A stretch of DNA of 57,808 nucleotides, counting the filler, from Sphacelaria rigidula (lineage: Eukaryota), in the NCBI GenBank assembly GCA_964200075.2. It is 6 parts of 6 records of this genome, joined end to end, with 100 filler letters (N's around TTAATTAATTAA, not from the genome) between each part and the next. Parts side by side here need not be neighbours in the genome. Positions count along the whole stretch, not along the records: positions 9,653 to 19,204 come from CAXNAA020008244.1; positions 19,305 to 28,855 come from CAXNAA020008245.1; 4 more parts are not named here. One strand, written 5' to 3'. The stretch's first letter is position 1; each line of letters begins with the position of its first letter. The translations under genes and the position numbers were made by a program. This document shows, in pieces, positions 12,901-23,900 of this stretch. The notes beneath the pieces were generated by a model. It saw nothing but the letters and a program-made list of their open reading frames with translations. It did no database searches and had not been told where the DNA came from.

Positions 12901-14292
12901 GGTATGTTCACCCGGGTAATTATTACCCGTACCCGACAGTTCTGTGAGGTCGGTAAGCCTCTCATCCTGGAACCCGATAGTTCGTTCTGTAAGATGTGTA
13001 CGAAATGTTTGCCCTCACCCGCGCGCGGGTATATACCCTCGTAGTAATACCCGATTGCTGGGTGAGGGTTTATGCACAACCTCCGTACCGTACCCGATAA
13101 ATTGTGTTGGTTCTGTACGGAGGCTCCTAACCCTGTTGGGAGATATTCCCGTATCCTGCTGAACAGAGTTTTTTGCACGTTTCACTTTGAAGCCTCGAGA
13201 GTTTCTTTCGTGATGTTGTTCAAGCTGAACCGGAGCTCTTCTCGGAATGCTGCCCACACACCCTGGACAGTGACAATATATGGTTGAAATATGCAATAAA
13301 CAAAAAGTGTACTGGATAAAGTATAGACCTATCGCAACTATTGTCAGTCGACAACCATCAACCGACAATAGATGCAATAGGTCTATACCTCACCCAGTAT
13401 ACTTTTTGTCTATTGCATCTATTGACCATAAGTTGTCATTGCCCAGGGGGTGGAATATGACGTATAGAAAATAATAGCTGTGATGGATTATGTACGGCAT
13501 CGACATCGTGAGAGCAACCCATCCCATTCCCACCACTGCACGACGACCACGACGGCAATGAAGGCCAAGTCGCGTCGGTGGAAGAGCACGCACGTCATCG
13601 TAGTAACATATACTACGAACTGATTATTGCCATTTACTCACGAATAAAAACAACTGTGGGTCCCGATCGACAGCTTGTGAGCATGCCCTATTCTTTCTCC
13701 GTACCAAATTTCAAAGTCCACCTCCCAAGATTGAAGTGAAACGGGGTCTGCAAACTACATATTCGCGTCTAGGCGGGCCCAGCTCGTATCGTGTTGTAAT
13801 GGGAAGTCACTGATGATACCGGCTGCCCTACTATGAGACAACAAGTCAAGGCGTTGGGCGCGGGGTGGGGCCGGGGCATGCAAAATTCAAAATTCAAAAT
13901 TCTTGGGTTTCAAATCACTGTTGAGTTTTATCAGTTTTTGGCTGTTTTTTAACGTCATGTATGTCTACAGTCCTTCTACCCATTCGGAACAAATAAAGTA
14001 CGAGTATGTACACACAATTTCTCGTCTTTTGGGACCCCTTCGATGCATCAACATTCGTCGGTTATCTCGTGGATCCAACCATCATGTCCCTTTTCTTTTT
14101 TTTTTCCCCTCTTTAATTCTATAACGAGGCAGACATTGAATCCTTGGCGGGCGGGGACAGCTCGCGTAGCCCCCCGGCGAGATATGCCATGATTTATCCG
14201 AAGAAGACGTGCCTGAGGAAACGACTGAGGGTCAACCATCCGGATTTCCTGGATTTCGTCACGAAGCTGCTTTCCATAGACCCGACGATAAG
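9936..14292 (+). CDS. Partial DYRK-related (DYRKP/ppk15-like) Ser/Thr kinase, subdomains VIII-XI. Exons 9936-9993, 11079-11147, 11766-11889, 14133-14292
   Basis: Spliced peptide RSYRAPEVMLGLPYGAKVDM|WSLGAVVAELVTGQVLLQSESVQ|TMLARMQGIVGEFPDWMLAEGDEAHKYFT...|...IYPKKTCLRKRL...FLDFVTKLLSIDPTIR. GT-AG introns, all in phase. The SYRAPEVxLGLPY and PKKTxLRxRL motifs are typical of the plant/protist DYRK subgroup. Confidence 0.88.
12253..12824. mobile_element. MITE of the same family as 50958, carrying a nested C-run element (12488-12803)
   Basis: Left GAGTCATGCTACGATAGGGG, right CCCCTGTCGTAGCATGATCC, flanks CCGC/CCAC. Confidence 0.8.
13257..13452. mobile_element. Small TIR element (MITE-like)
   Basis: ~25-bp imperfect inverted ends CCCTGGACAGTGACAATATATGG / CCATAAGTTGTCATTGCCCAGGG; no TSD. 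Confidence 0.55.
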
Positions 14293-15014
14293 GTGCGTAT
14301 GGTTTTTGTTCGGTTTTTAAACTGGGATTACTTCTACGTTTCACGTGGTGAGCCCAAGGGGGGGAGTGTAATCATGATCATGCATGCCATAGTCATCTGA
14401 CCATTGAACTCAGTAACCTGAAAAGCCGGAACGGAGCACACCGGGTTTTCGCCGGACCAGGCTCGCACTCAATCGCCAAGCGCGAAGCGCCATGTTGTGC
14501 CCGGCGAGTCGCATGAAGGTTGGGCTTTATCCTGCTAAGATTGTTCAGCCCGAAGCCTACTGATTATCTTGCATTCGGATGACAGCCTACAATGCGTTGC
14601 TCTATTTTCTGGTGTTGCCACTTCCAGAGACAGCCACGGCTTATACACTGCCTCGTGGGCTTTTTCACTGTTCGAACACTACCTAGTACGATCACCCCCT
14701 TTGTGCGAAGTTGAGGTTCTCCCACGCCGCGCAATATGATACATTATAGCTCGTCATTCCAAGAGGGGAAACATGTCGGTCTCCCCCATTGGAGGGTAGG
14801 AGGGTCAGCTACGAGAGTATGTGCAATAGGTCAGGGTCGGAATCACTCCTTTTTGTGCGAGCACCTTGTGTATCGAGCGAATGTCGCCCCCCCCCCCCCG
14901 CCCCCCTCGTTTTTTTCGGAGTGTGCTTGTAGTATAACAGTGTCCATCGTTGTTCAGAGGTTGGGTAGTGGGCAATTGGATATACTTCAATTTTATTCTC
15001 GGATGTTTTTGGAG

Positions 15015-15120
15015 ATTTCCACCGGGGAGAGATAGGTAGATTCCTTGAGATCACGGACTCGTCCCGAGGAAGGGAAGGGGTTCAAAGTGCGACAAATAAA
15101 AAATAATAATGGAGAAAAAA
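15015..15120 (+). mobile_element. SINE family 2, 3' fragment (another lies at ~11440-11545 on the minus strand)
   Basis: ACCGGGGAGAGAT..GAGATCACGGACTCGTCCCGAG..TTCAAAGTGCGACAAATAA. Confidence 0.75.
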
Positions 15121-15557
15121 AAAAGTTGTAGAGCTCTCCCCGATCCGGCTCCCAAAATTCTTCATGGAAAAGTGCTTGGTTTATAGGCTGTGTCTTTTCG
15201 AGTAAAGGAAAGTAAGTACGAAGAGGAACCAAGGAACAGAAAGCACGTTCGTTCGTAGCCGTAATACCCCCCCCCCAAAAAAAAAAAGAAAGAGAGAAAA
15301 GCGGCGGCGGCACTTTTATGTGGGGGGCAGCAGGGTTTTGTTGCAACAAGTATTTGAGAATTTTTCCGGCTGTGGGCCAAGACTTTTTTGGGTTGTCCGC
15401 CATGAAGGGCAACATGAACCAGCGGTGCGATGACCCTTGCTGTGGTACACACCTGTCACACAGCCCAGACCTGAGGCATAAGCTGCATAAACTTGTGATC
15501 TCTCCGTCCAAGCATAGGAAATGAAAAATGAATAATATACTGATTCAAAAGCTGTTA

Positions 15558-16447
15558 GGGCCCTTCTTAACCCTTGGATGGCGAGAGTAGGTCATCTGTT
15601 GAATCGGCATCAATTTCACTCGGAAATGTGTGCGTGATGTAGATTGACTACCCTCCTCGCGGTCTAAGGGTTGACAAAGTGGATCATCCCTTCTTTTTTT
15701 TTCAAATCCCCTCTTTGAACAACGATCGCTGATTGTCGCTGCGATACCACCCCCCTAAAAAAAAAATCCCTTAACGTGCACAGGAATCCCTTTTTTCGAG
15801 GGGATTTCCGTGCACCTCGGAGGGGAACATATTTGTCCCGTCGACAGGGGCACCTTCAAAGGCTTACAGCCCAACACAATCAGAGCTGAACCTGAGGAAC
15901 TTGGTGGCCCCGCAAACCAAAAACACACTGCTCGAGCCGTAGCTGCTCATCAGCTGTGCACGTTGTGCGTGACCTTGCTCAGATCTATTTTAAATTCGTT
16001 GAGGGATGATTCGTGTGAGACGCGCGCACAGCACACGCGTTCAAAACGGTCGGGAACGACACCTTTTCGGTTGTTTTTGACACGCACGCGGCCGCCACTC
16101 GTCCAATACAGAACGGATTTCCGTCAAACAACGTTAGCTGTGTGTAGGTGAGTAAGGGCTAGCCGTGAAACCAATGCGCGTGAATGGTGGGTGTCTGTGC
16201 GTGTTTTTTCGGGGCTGGGTGTGTAGGTGTTGTGTTGCCTTGCTGCGTCTTGTCTGCAGCATTACACAGATCTTGGACTGACGACCACTCCCAGACCCGC
16301 CGCGTTTCTGGACCTGCGTGGAGATCTGGGGTCCAACATGTACAAGACTGCTTCTCGATAGGACTTAGGACTGCTCGTTATGGGGCCAATCACCTGTCAA
16401 AAGGGGATTGTGCAAAAGGGGAAGATCCCCTTGAATAAGAAGGGTCC
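15558..16447. mobile_element. PIF/Harbinger (Tourist)-like MITE; copies at 37431-38155 and 38446-38506
   Basis: GGGCCCTTCTTAA.. / ..TAAGAAGGGTCC termini, TTA/TCA flanks, ~700 bp colinear with the 37431 copy. Confidence 0.78.
15571..15670. mobile_element. 100-bp piggyBac-like MITE nested in the TIR of the Tourist-like element
   Basis: CCCTT...AAGGG ends and TTAA/TTGA flanks; absent from the copies at 37431 and 38446, which keep a single TTAA. Confidence 0.8.
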
Positions 16448-16689
16448 TCAGTTTCGGGAAAAAGGGTCAAAATTAAACGAGGCACGAGGGCTTGTGTCAG
16501 GCAGGCGTCGTATCACACACAAACGGTCAACGACTCCCTCCCGAGCAAGTTTCGTTGCACAAACACGGCCGGCTCTCGTCCAACACCAAATGGATTGCCA
16601 TGAAACAAAGAGCACTGTGCATTGATTGGCAAGAGCTAGCCCCCGGCGTGCTGCGCTCATGCCGTGGATGTCTGTGAGTGTTTGCTCGG

Positions 16690-17045
16690 GCTGTGTTGTG
16701 ATTGTGTGTTATCGTCCCATCTACCCTGGACGCCGGTCTACACCTTTCGGTATATGCACCAGCCGGGGTCACACAGGAGGAAGGTCGACACAGGAGTTTG
16801 TTCCTTTTTGTTTCTAGTACCCCACCTTCCTTCTGCGGTGCTTGCCTTTGACTTTTTATCGCAAGAGAGGTTTAGCAGTCTCTTTCCCTCGTCGACCGCT
16901 AAGTCGAATCTTGTGTACCCACGACACAGTCGCTCTCCACTGTTGGGCACGGTATGAGAAAAAATCCCAGATCGCTCCGAGATTTGAATCCACGACCCAA
17001 CCGTCACAAGGTTTCGAGGTTTCCAACTGAGCCACGGGGGCGACT
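16690..17045 (-). mobile_element. SINE family 1 copy
   Basis: Reverse complement of the family, including the tRNA-like head. Confidence 0.85.
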
Positions 17046-19204
17046 GTGTAACGTGGTTGAGTCATGTGTATCAAGTCACGCCCGTAGATTTTCCAGACCT
17101 GACTCCGACTGCATCCAGTGCGGAACGATTCGTCGCTCTTTCCAGAAATCCAGTTTTGTGAACCTCCATTGGGATCCGAGGTGGTTTTTGTGTGCCGGCA
17201 AATCTCTGAATTTGTTGATCTTCGTGCTTGTGTTTTCACCCGAGTAGACACGGCCTCGGTGTCGACCATCATTTTCGGACCTTCAACCATTGGACAGCGA
17301 CCCCCCCAGCAGTCGGACTGAGTTGGACTATGCCACAGCTATTTTATCGCCACACCAAAAGCCTTTTTCATGAACATGTGGGTATTTGTCATCTTTTTAG
17401 AAAATAGTTCCGGAGAACCCCTGACCAGTTTTGACCCTGCAGTCAATTGCCGGCAGAGTCGGTATGTATGTGTGCTGTATGTCTTCACTGGATACAACGG
17501 GAAAAGACAGCATAAGAGTGCCATCGCTCTCCACTGAACACAATTTATTACATGCTGCTGATGCCTCTGCCTGGTGCTCGGCAGCAACACTACAGACAGT
17601 GTGAAGCTATGCTGGCAGCACATGAGTGGTCAGGCAGGCGGCGTAGACAACGAGCAGAATACAACACAAGTTATCTGTACCCGTGTAATATATGGTTGAT
17701 TTTCCAGGACCAAAATGAGTTGTGGGGGTGGACAGCGATATCCATCCAATGTAGTCCACCCGAACCCAAAGAACTTGCTCTCTGTGACGACCGTGATCGG
17801 TCAAAATGAGCATCCCGCGCCTCTCGGGCGTCGTGCACGGCTCATAATTTTCCGCTGGAATCTTCCAAACACACATGGTTGACTTGGTGAGCTATTCTCC
17901 TCCTCTGCGGACAGACGTCCCCCCCCCCCCCAGAACCCGCCCCCCCCCGTCCACTAGACACCCCCGAATGTCTCCGGACTGTCAGCCAGTGAAACTGTTC
18001 CGAGGTGACGTTTGCTGTCCAAGGGTTAAGCGGCCTCGACCCCTGACCCCTGTGGCGCCGGTTTAAGCTCTGTCAACGCATAATGTACCCTCCTTGCCGA
18101 AGGGTTATTGGTCTGCCTCGTGTTGGGGCTGGAGTTAGGGTCAGCGTTTCAGGGGATGGCAGCCTTATCTATCGGGTATCCATCGAGCGTCAGACCCCCT
18201 TTCGGAACAAAATCATCTACTGATCCATCAGGTCTGTACCCCCACCTCACCCCCCCCCCACCCCCCCCCCCCCCCCCCCCCGCCCCCCCTCCGCCGCATC
18301 CCCCTCGTCCCCTCCTCCNNNNNNNNNNTCATTTCGTGCTACTCTCAGACACCACCCCCTTTTGGAAACAACTTCCATGTCTCCCCCCCCGTGTCCGGCC
18401 CCCCCCCCCCCCCCCCCCCGAGCGCCACAGCTGAGCAGCTGAGCAGTTCCCCTCTGTTTGTGACGATTATCCCCTCTTGGCAATATCTCACGACACCATA
18501 TAGTGTACAGTATTCCGTGGTTTTGATTATCGTTGGCTTTGTTGTGTCGTTTCACGGGAAGCACGAGTGATGCCGTCATGCAGTCCACCCCCAGAAAGAT
18601 GTTGCCGTTTTGAGGAGGCAAATCTACCTACCTGTACAAAAATGACAAAAGCGGAGCACACCGAGCAGCTGGGAACTCCTGCGCTAGGGATCGTTCTCGC
18701 CAGTGTCGCCCATCTGACGTGCTTCATGCAATCTGAAACCAGTCATGAACCCTTTTGGGACTGAAGCTCAATAACACCACGTTCATGACGTGTAAGTAAA
18801 ATAATAATAAAAAAGTCTGGGAGAGACCTGTCCAATCAGGGCGAGGCGAAATTTATCGACCACATCGAAACGACCAGTGGGGGGGGGGGGGGGGGGGTGT
18901 TGCGGGGGGGGATGTCACTGCAAAGTTGGTGTACCCTGTCCCTGGCCCACAGAAAAGTCTTCGAAGCAAAATGAAGCCTACATTCTCGGGGCTCGGATTC
19001 CCGAATTTTTTTTATCATTTACTTGTATTTTATGTAGGCCCGACTTCCCATCACCCGAATTTTCGTTGGGTCACCATCCTATAGTAAACCCTAGTTGATA
19101 ACATTCACATGCAATGCACGGGGGAAATTCGGGAATAAATGTACCCCGCTATATATGTGGTCATGTTCACAAGGCGACTGAATCTGGCAACGCTGTGGGA
19201 CGAT

Positions 19205-19304
19205 NNNNNNNNNNNNNNNNNNNNNNNNNNNNNNNNNNNNNNNNNNNNTTAATTAATTAANNNNNNNNNNNNNNNNNNNNNNNNNNNNNNNNNNNNNNNN
19301 NNNN
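19205..19304. other. Artificial contig linker
   Basis: Same N44-TTAATTAATTAA-N44 structure. Confidence 0.98.
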
Positions 19305-20172
19305 GACGCCAACCCCATCAGGGGTCCGCCCCTACAAAGCCGGGACGGAGCACGCCGGGTTCTGTTTCCTTTCCCTGAAGGCGACATCCGCGTACTGAAA
19401 TTCATCCGTCACAACTGCTGGCAACCCGATATGGTCAACATGTCGAACCGATGCTACATATCGCGTCGTATCGATCATAATGGCGCTTGGATGGCTTGTC
19501 AGGCGTAGTCGGTCATGAGCGCACATTTTGTTCATTTTTTTGTGATATTTCCGACCCCTCTATTTATTTAGGAAAAATTCATGGTCTTGAAGGAAATTCT
19601 CATCCCTCCCTCGTGGCACACGGATCACGTTATGGAATCATGGGTTGGATCATGTGGATTGTTCTCGTCTGACAAAGTTTGTTCTACGCCCTCTCTGTTT
19701 GGTCTGAGGGAGATTTTCAGGTGTGTTTGGGCATACAGGTTTCGATCTGTTCTGAAAAGTTTCACGTGGGGCTTCTTTGTGCGGTACGACCAGTGCCTGT
19801 GTTCCAGGTGTGTTTGGTGCAACGGCGCCGAGCCTGGTGCTCTTACAAACGCGTCCGCAATGCTTTGCACGCACAATGTACGGCAGCTCCTCTCCTGCTG
19901 AAGGAAACATTGAATGCCTCTATAGCCTTGAAGCTTGGTCTAATGAAGCAGTGAAATGTTGCGGCTTGCCGCATGTCTAGTTCGGCACCCGCCTGCTTTT
20001 GTGCCATGTGTTGTGGGGGTCGAAGCGTTTCCGTGAGGGCAAGGTATGGTGCGCGACAAAACTCAAACATAGATGTGAGAGAGAGAGAAGTACTGAGAAC
20101 CAAGCATGATGCAATTTGCTGAAACTCGATGTTAAAACCACATGCATAGGTAAGCTGGGTGCATGAAGCTGC

Positions 20173-20470
20173 GCCCCGGTGGTTCAATGGTCCGACTGTC
20201 GCCATAAGGGTGAAGAGAAAAAGGATTCGATTCGCGATGCGTTGGGTCTTTTGTTCGTAACGTATGATTTCCACAGTGTGAAGCGTGAGAACGTGAGTGA
20301 ACGAAGTAGTCGACTGGGTTTATGTAACGTGAGTTGTACGGTGCGGGAGTGCTGACCCAATTCGCCGGACCAAAATGTAAGGCGTGTACCGGGGGAGAGA
20401 TGGGTTGATCGCTTGAGACCACGGACTCATCTCGAGAAAGGGGAGAGGCTTAAAGTGCAACAAAAGAAGA
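20173..20470 (+). mobile_element. tRNA-derived SINE family 2, full length, LINE-like 3' end
   Basis: A box TGGTTCAATGG, B box GATTCGATTC; 3' end GAGACCACGGACTC...AAAGTGCAAC plus an A-rich tail. Confidence 0.82.
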
Positions 20471-21035
20471 AAATGAGCAGAAAGTACTGGTATCATATTT
20501 CCGAAATACAGCAACACATTTCGGGGTGAGGGGGGGGGTACTCATGATCTTGCATGCTGTAGTCATATATGACCATTGATCTCGGATCCCAACAAATCCG
20601 GAACTGAGCACGCCGGGTTTTCGCCGGACCAGACTTGCACTGCTCAATCTCCAAGCGCGAAGCGTCGTGGTGTGTTCGGCGAGTCGCATGAAAGGTGAGC
20701 AGCATCCTGCTGAGATTGATCCGCCCGAAGCATACTCGTTGTCTTGCGTAAGGATTGAAGCCTTCAATGAGTTGTTTCATTTCCTGTTATCGCTACTTCC
20801 AGAGACAAACACGGGTTACACGCTGCCTCATGGGTGTCTCAATATCGGGAGTGGGGGGGGGTAATTCGAGTGTTCCTTGATGAAAAAAAGTATTGGGAGT
20901 AATCAAAATCGTTTTTGCGCCTCCAACCAACACCCTATATATCCTAAGGTCAAGCAGTGCGTCACCTTCTCGAGTCGAGCTGGTTTCGACAAGAATTGCC
21001 CTCGTCAACCTTGCTTAACGCGCGGTATTCCGCAG

Positions 21036-21124
21036 GCAATTGTGGTGGGTCTGTGGATAACGTTGTACGCTAAGGGCCTGGAGCATAAGGGGAGTGCCAG
21101 CCTCCTGCGGGCTAGACAAAGCAG
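21036..21124 (+). CDS. Candidate internal exon of an unknown, possibly membrane, protein
   Basis: CGCAG acceptor and CAG|GTAAGA donor; open frame AIVVGLWITLYAKGLEHKGSASLLRARQS. Confidence 0.4.
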
Positions 21125-21271
21125 GTAAGACAACGTCCATTTACAGGAGGAATTGGGAGCAGGCACACGAGAGTAGTGGGCAAAACCAAACGCCAAACCA
21201 CGATCTAGTCTCACTGGGAGGAAGGTGGGGTTGAATGGCATGTCGGCAATCGAAGTCCGGGTCCCGTCATG

Positions 21272-21638
21272 GTGTGTGTGTGTCGTCGTCCCATTCATTC
21301 TGGACGCCGGTTTACAACTTTCAGTGCATGTGGGCGCACCAGCAGGGATCACAAAGGAAGACCAACACGGGAGTTTTTCTGTTTCGTCTGTTTTAGTACT
21401 CCACATTCTTTCTGCGGTGCTTGGCTTTATTTTTCATCGCGAGAGGGGTTCACCTGTCACTTTCCCTCGTCGACGGTGAAGATGGATTTCGTGTACCCAC
21501 GACATAAATAGTCGCCCTACACTGTTAGGCATTGTGTGCGAAAAAATCTCAGGTTGTGTGACTGCACCGAGATTCGAACCCACGACCCAACCGTCAAAAG
21601 GTTTCGAGGTTACCAACTGAGCCACAGGGGCGACCGGC
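21272..21638 (-). mobile_element. SINE family 1 copy
   Basis: Reverse complement of the family; ATGGTGTG on both flanks. Confidence 0.88.
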
Positions 21639-22329
21639 AGATGGTGTGGTGAAGATTTACCACGACATCACCGCCCTATGCTGAAACCCTTCACTACACT
21701 GCTGTAATGCAATAAGTTGATCTGAGGATATAATGTATAATATCCAAGGTTCCCCTTCGGGAGGTCGGTATGGGCCTCCCGGGGGTGACTCAAGTCGAAA
21801 ATATATGATCAAGAGAGGCTGCTGTATCTCAATGTACAGTATAGTGATCGTGGCTGTACAAAGCATCGCATGTGTGATCGGATGTCGTTCGCAAATATGG
21901 AAATTCAGACGGAGGCCGACGTCGGAACCGCCGGCGTAGGACATGTATGTGTGGTTTTTCCGAGGTGTCAAAGTGCGAAGTAGCTCTCGCGCCAAAAAGA
22001 CATGACAGCGGGAGGCATTCCTGGAAAATTGCACTCTTGGCATGTTCTCTGTATTCACTGTGGCTTTCACATCACCGGGCCTTTTTTTCAAACAGGGTGA
22101 TTGTGTGCGGCAAAATATTTCTGTGCTGCCGTCCTGCTGTGCCCTTGTTCAACTCGCCAACCGCGCATTGCACGGTCTTGTGCTCGCTGCTGACCAAGGC
22201 CAAGGCAATTTTCATTTGTTTTCAACTGATTTCCCATCATGTTCTTGTGACATTGGCGGCATGACCGGTGTGTTAGTGCTCTCAAATGAACGAGAATGCG
22301 ACAGAGAGAAACACGGAGAAAACATACCC

Positions 22330-22650
22330 CGCCAAGAGTAATCCTGTTTGAAGACTGCCACGGTCTTCAACAGACTTTGTTGTGGTTTGGATTCTTGTTT
22401 CAAGTTCTCCATGATATTGAAAAAGCTTTTGTGGTTCGAGATCGACACTTTGCGAGAAAAGGCCAGTTTGAGAGACTTTCGGTGGTCAGAACACGCGCCA
22501 CAAGTATCAAATGCCAAAACCTGAACGGTAATGTAGCGCTGGGCCTTCTCAGTGCGCTGCAAAAGCAAGCGCGGGTAAAATGCCTTGCCGCAAGAGAAAA
22601 CTCGGCAAAAGTGGTGGAAAAATGTGAAATGATACATGTCCATATACATT
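22330..22650. repeat. Unclassified dispersed repeat; inverted copy at ~49770-50090
   Basis: Shared AAAAGGCCAGTTTGAG.GACTTTCGGTGG.CAGAACACGCGCC and CTTCTCAGTGCGCTG..GAAAACTCGGCAAA. Confidence 0.8.
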
Positions 22651-23691
22651 CCTGTTTTCCTCTTGTATGGTTTTGTTCCGCTCTTTTCATTTTTGTTTTC
22701 AGTTTACTCCGTTCTATGATCCCTTTTTCTCATAGTTCACCATTCAAGAGTTTCCGTCATGGTGTGTTCCTGCTTTGTTCACCTTGGGGTCGCCTATGTC
22801 GTGGATGATGAGCACGACTGGATATCTTGGGCGTCAGTCAATTCGCGATATTCAATCAAATCAAATCAAATCAGTGTAGTGAATCGCACTTGCAACAAGT
22901 GATTTTGACCGCACTGCGGCGTGACCTCGCATACTAGAGGACCGTATGTCCCTCCGACCCCCTCTGTGTGGCTGTGTGCAACGAACAAGCACATGTGCGT
23001 TTCAATAGCATCAAGGAAGAGTGTTCCTAAGCCCAGGTTTTTGGCCACATTAGTACAGTAGGTATACATTATGCAGTTCGCAGCCCGCTAGTACGAACCC
23101 AACCAGGCCCATAGCTTATCTCGCAGCCTCACCCGAAATGAGATAATCGAATATCTAATGTGCCGAAAATTGTGAAGGGCCGAAAGCTCACTCCGATCGC
23201 TTAGGTCTTACTTATTTACTGATGACTATAGTTCAGCCTGAGTTTCTTATCCATTTACGTTCAGTAGCAGGGCGCTACGGTATACAGGTAACGCAACGCC
23301 CCCCCCCTCCCCCTTTCCCTCCCCCCGCTCATCCCCTTGAACTTTTGGCGTCGGTTGGCGATGACGCTGTAAAACACGCTACTCACTTCCTGAGTTAGGC
23401 AACAAAGTTCCCGTCTTCTTTCTCCCGTGCGTTTTTTTGCGGTAACAGTAGTGATGGTCGAGTCATACCATGTTGTGCGGGGCGGGATGACCTCAACTCC
23501 ACGGTAAAGGGGATGGTCATGCTACGCAGTGTTCAAATGGTGAGACGTCTATGAAGCAGCGTGTAACCCATGACTGTCTCTGAAAGTGACGATACCAGAA
23601 CATGAAACAACTCAGTCGAGGCTGTCGTCCATGTGCAGGATAATCAGACGCGCAGGGACGAGCAATCTTGATAAAATCCAGGTCACCCTTA

Positions 23692-23900
23692 GAGCAATGC
23701 TACGGTAAGAGTGCACATTTTTTTTCTGAGGTTGGAATTGTTAAGAGGCAGGATTACTATTCCAATGTGCTAGGAACTTTCCGAATGATTTTGCAAACGG
23801 GGATGCCCTCACCCATATTCTTGCACATCTAGAATCGTTAGGAGCCTCTGAAGCAGACAAGATTTTGCGCAAAAGGTGCACCCCTACCATAGCATTGCTC
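23692..23900. mobile_element. MITE of the 30402 family inserted in a C-run element
   Basis: 25-bp TIRs with GAG..CTC ends and flanks CTTA/CTTT; the host element continues on both sides. Confidence 0.82.

Noticed and set aside
17595-17630. Final kinase exon (RQCEAMLAAHEW resembling RxxAxEALxHxW)
   Set aside because: Only the H/W spacing fits and the acceptor is weak; the true exon may be off-contig
18240-18420. Poly-proline ORF
   Set aside because: Poly-C tracts around a 10-N gap; low-quality, low-complexity sequence
20700-20735. Hammerhead ribozyme in the C-run element (CTGCTGA..CGAAG)
   Set aside because: The core deviates from CUGANGA/GAAA and is not conserved between copies
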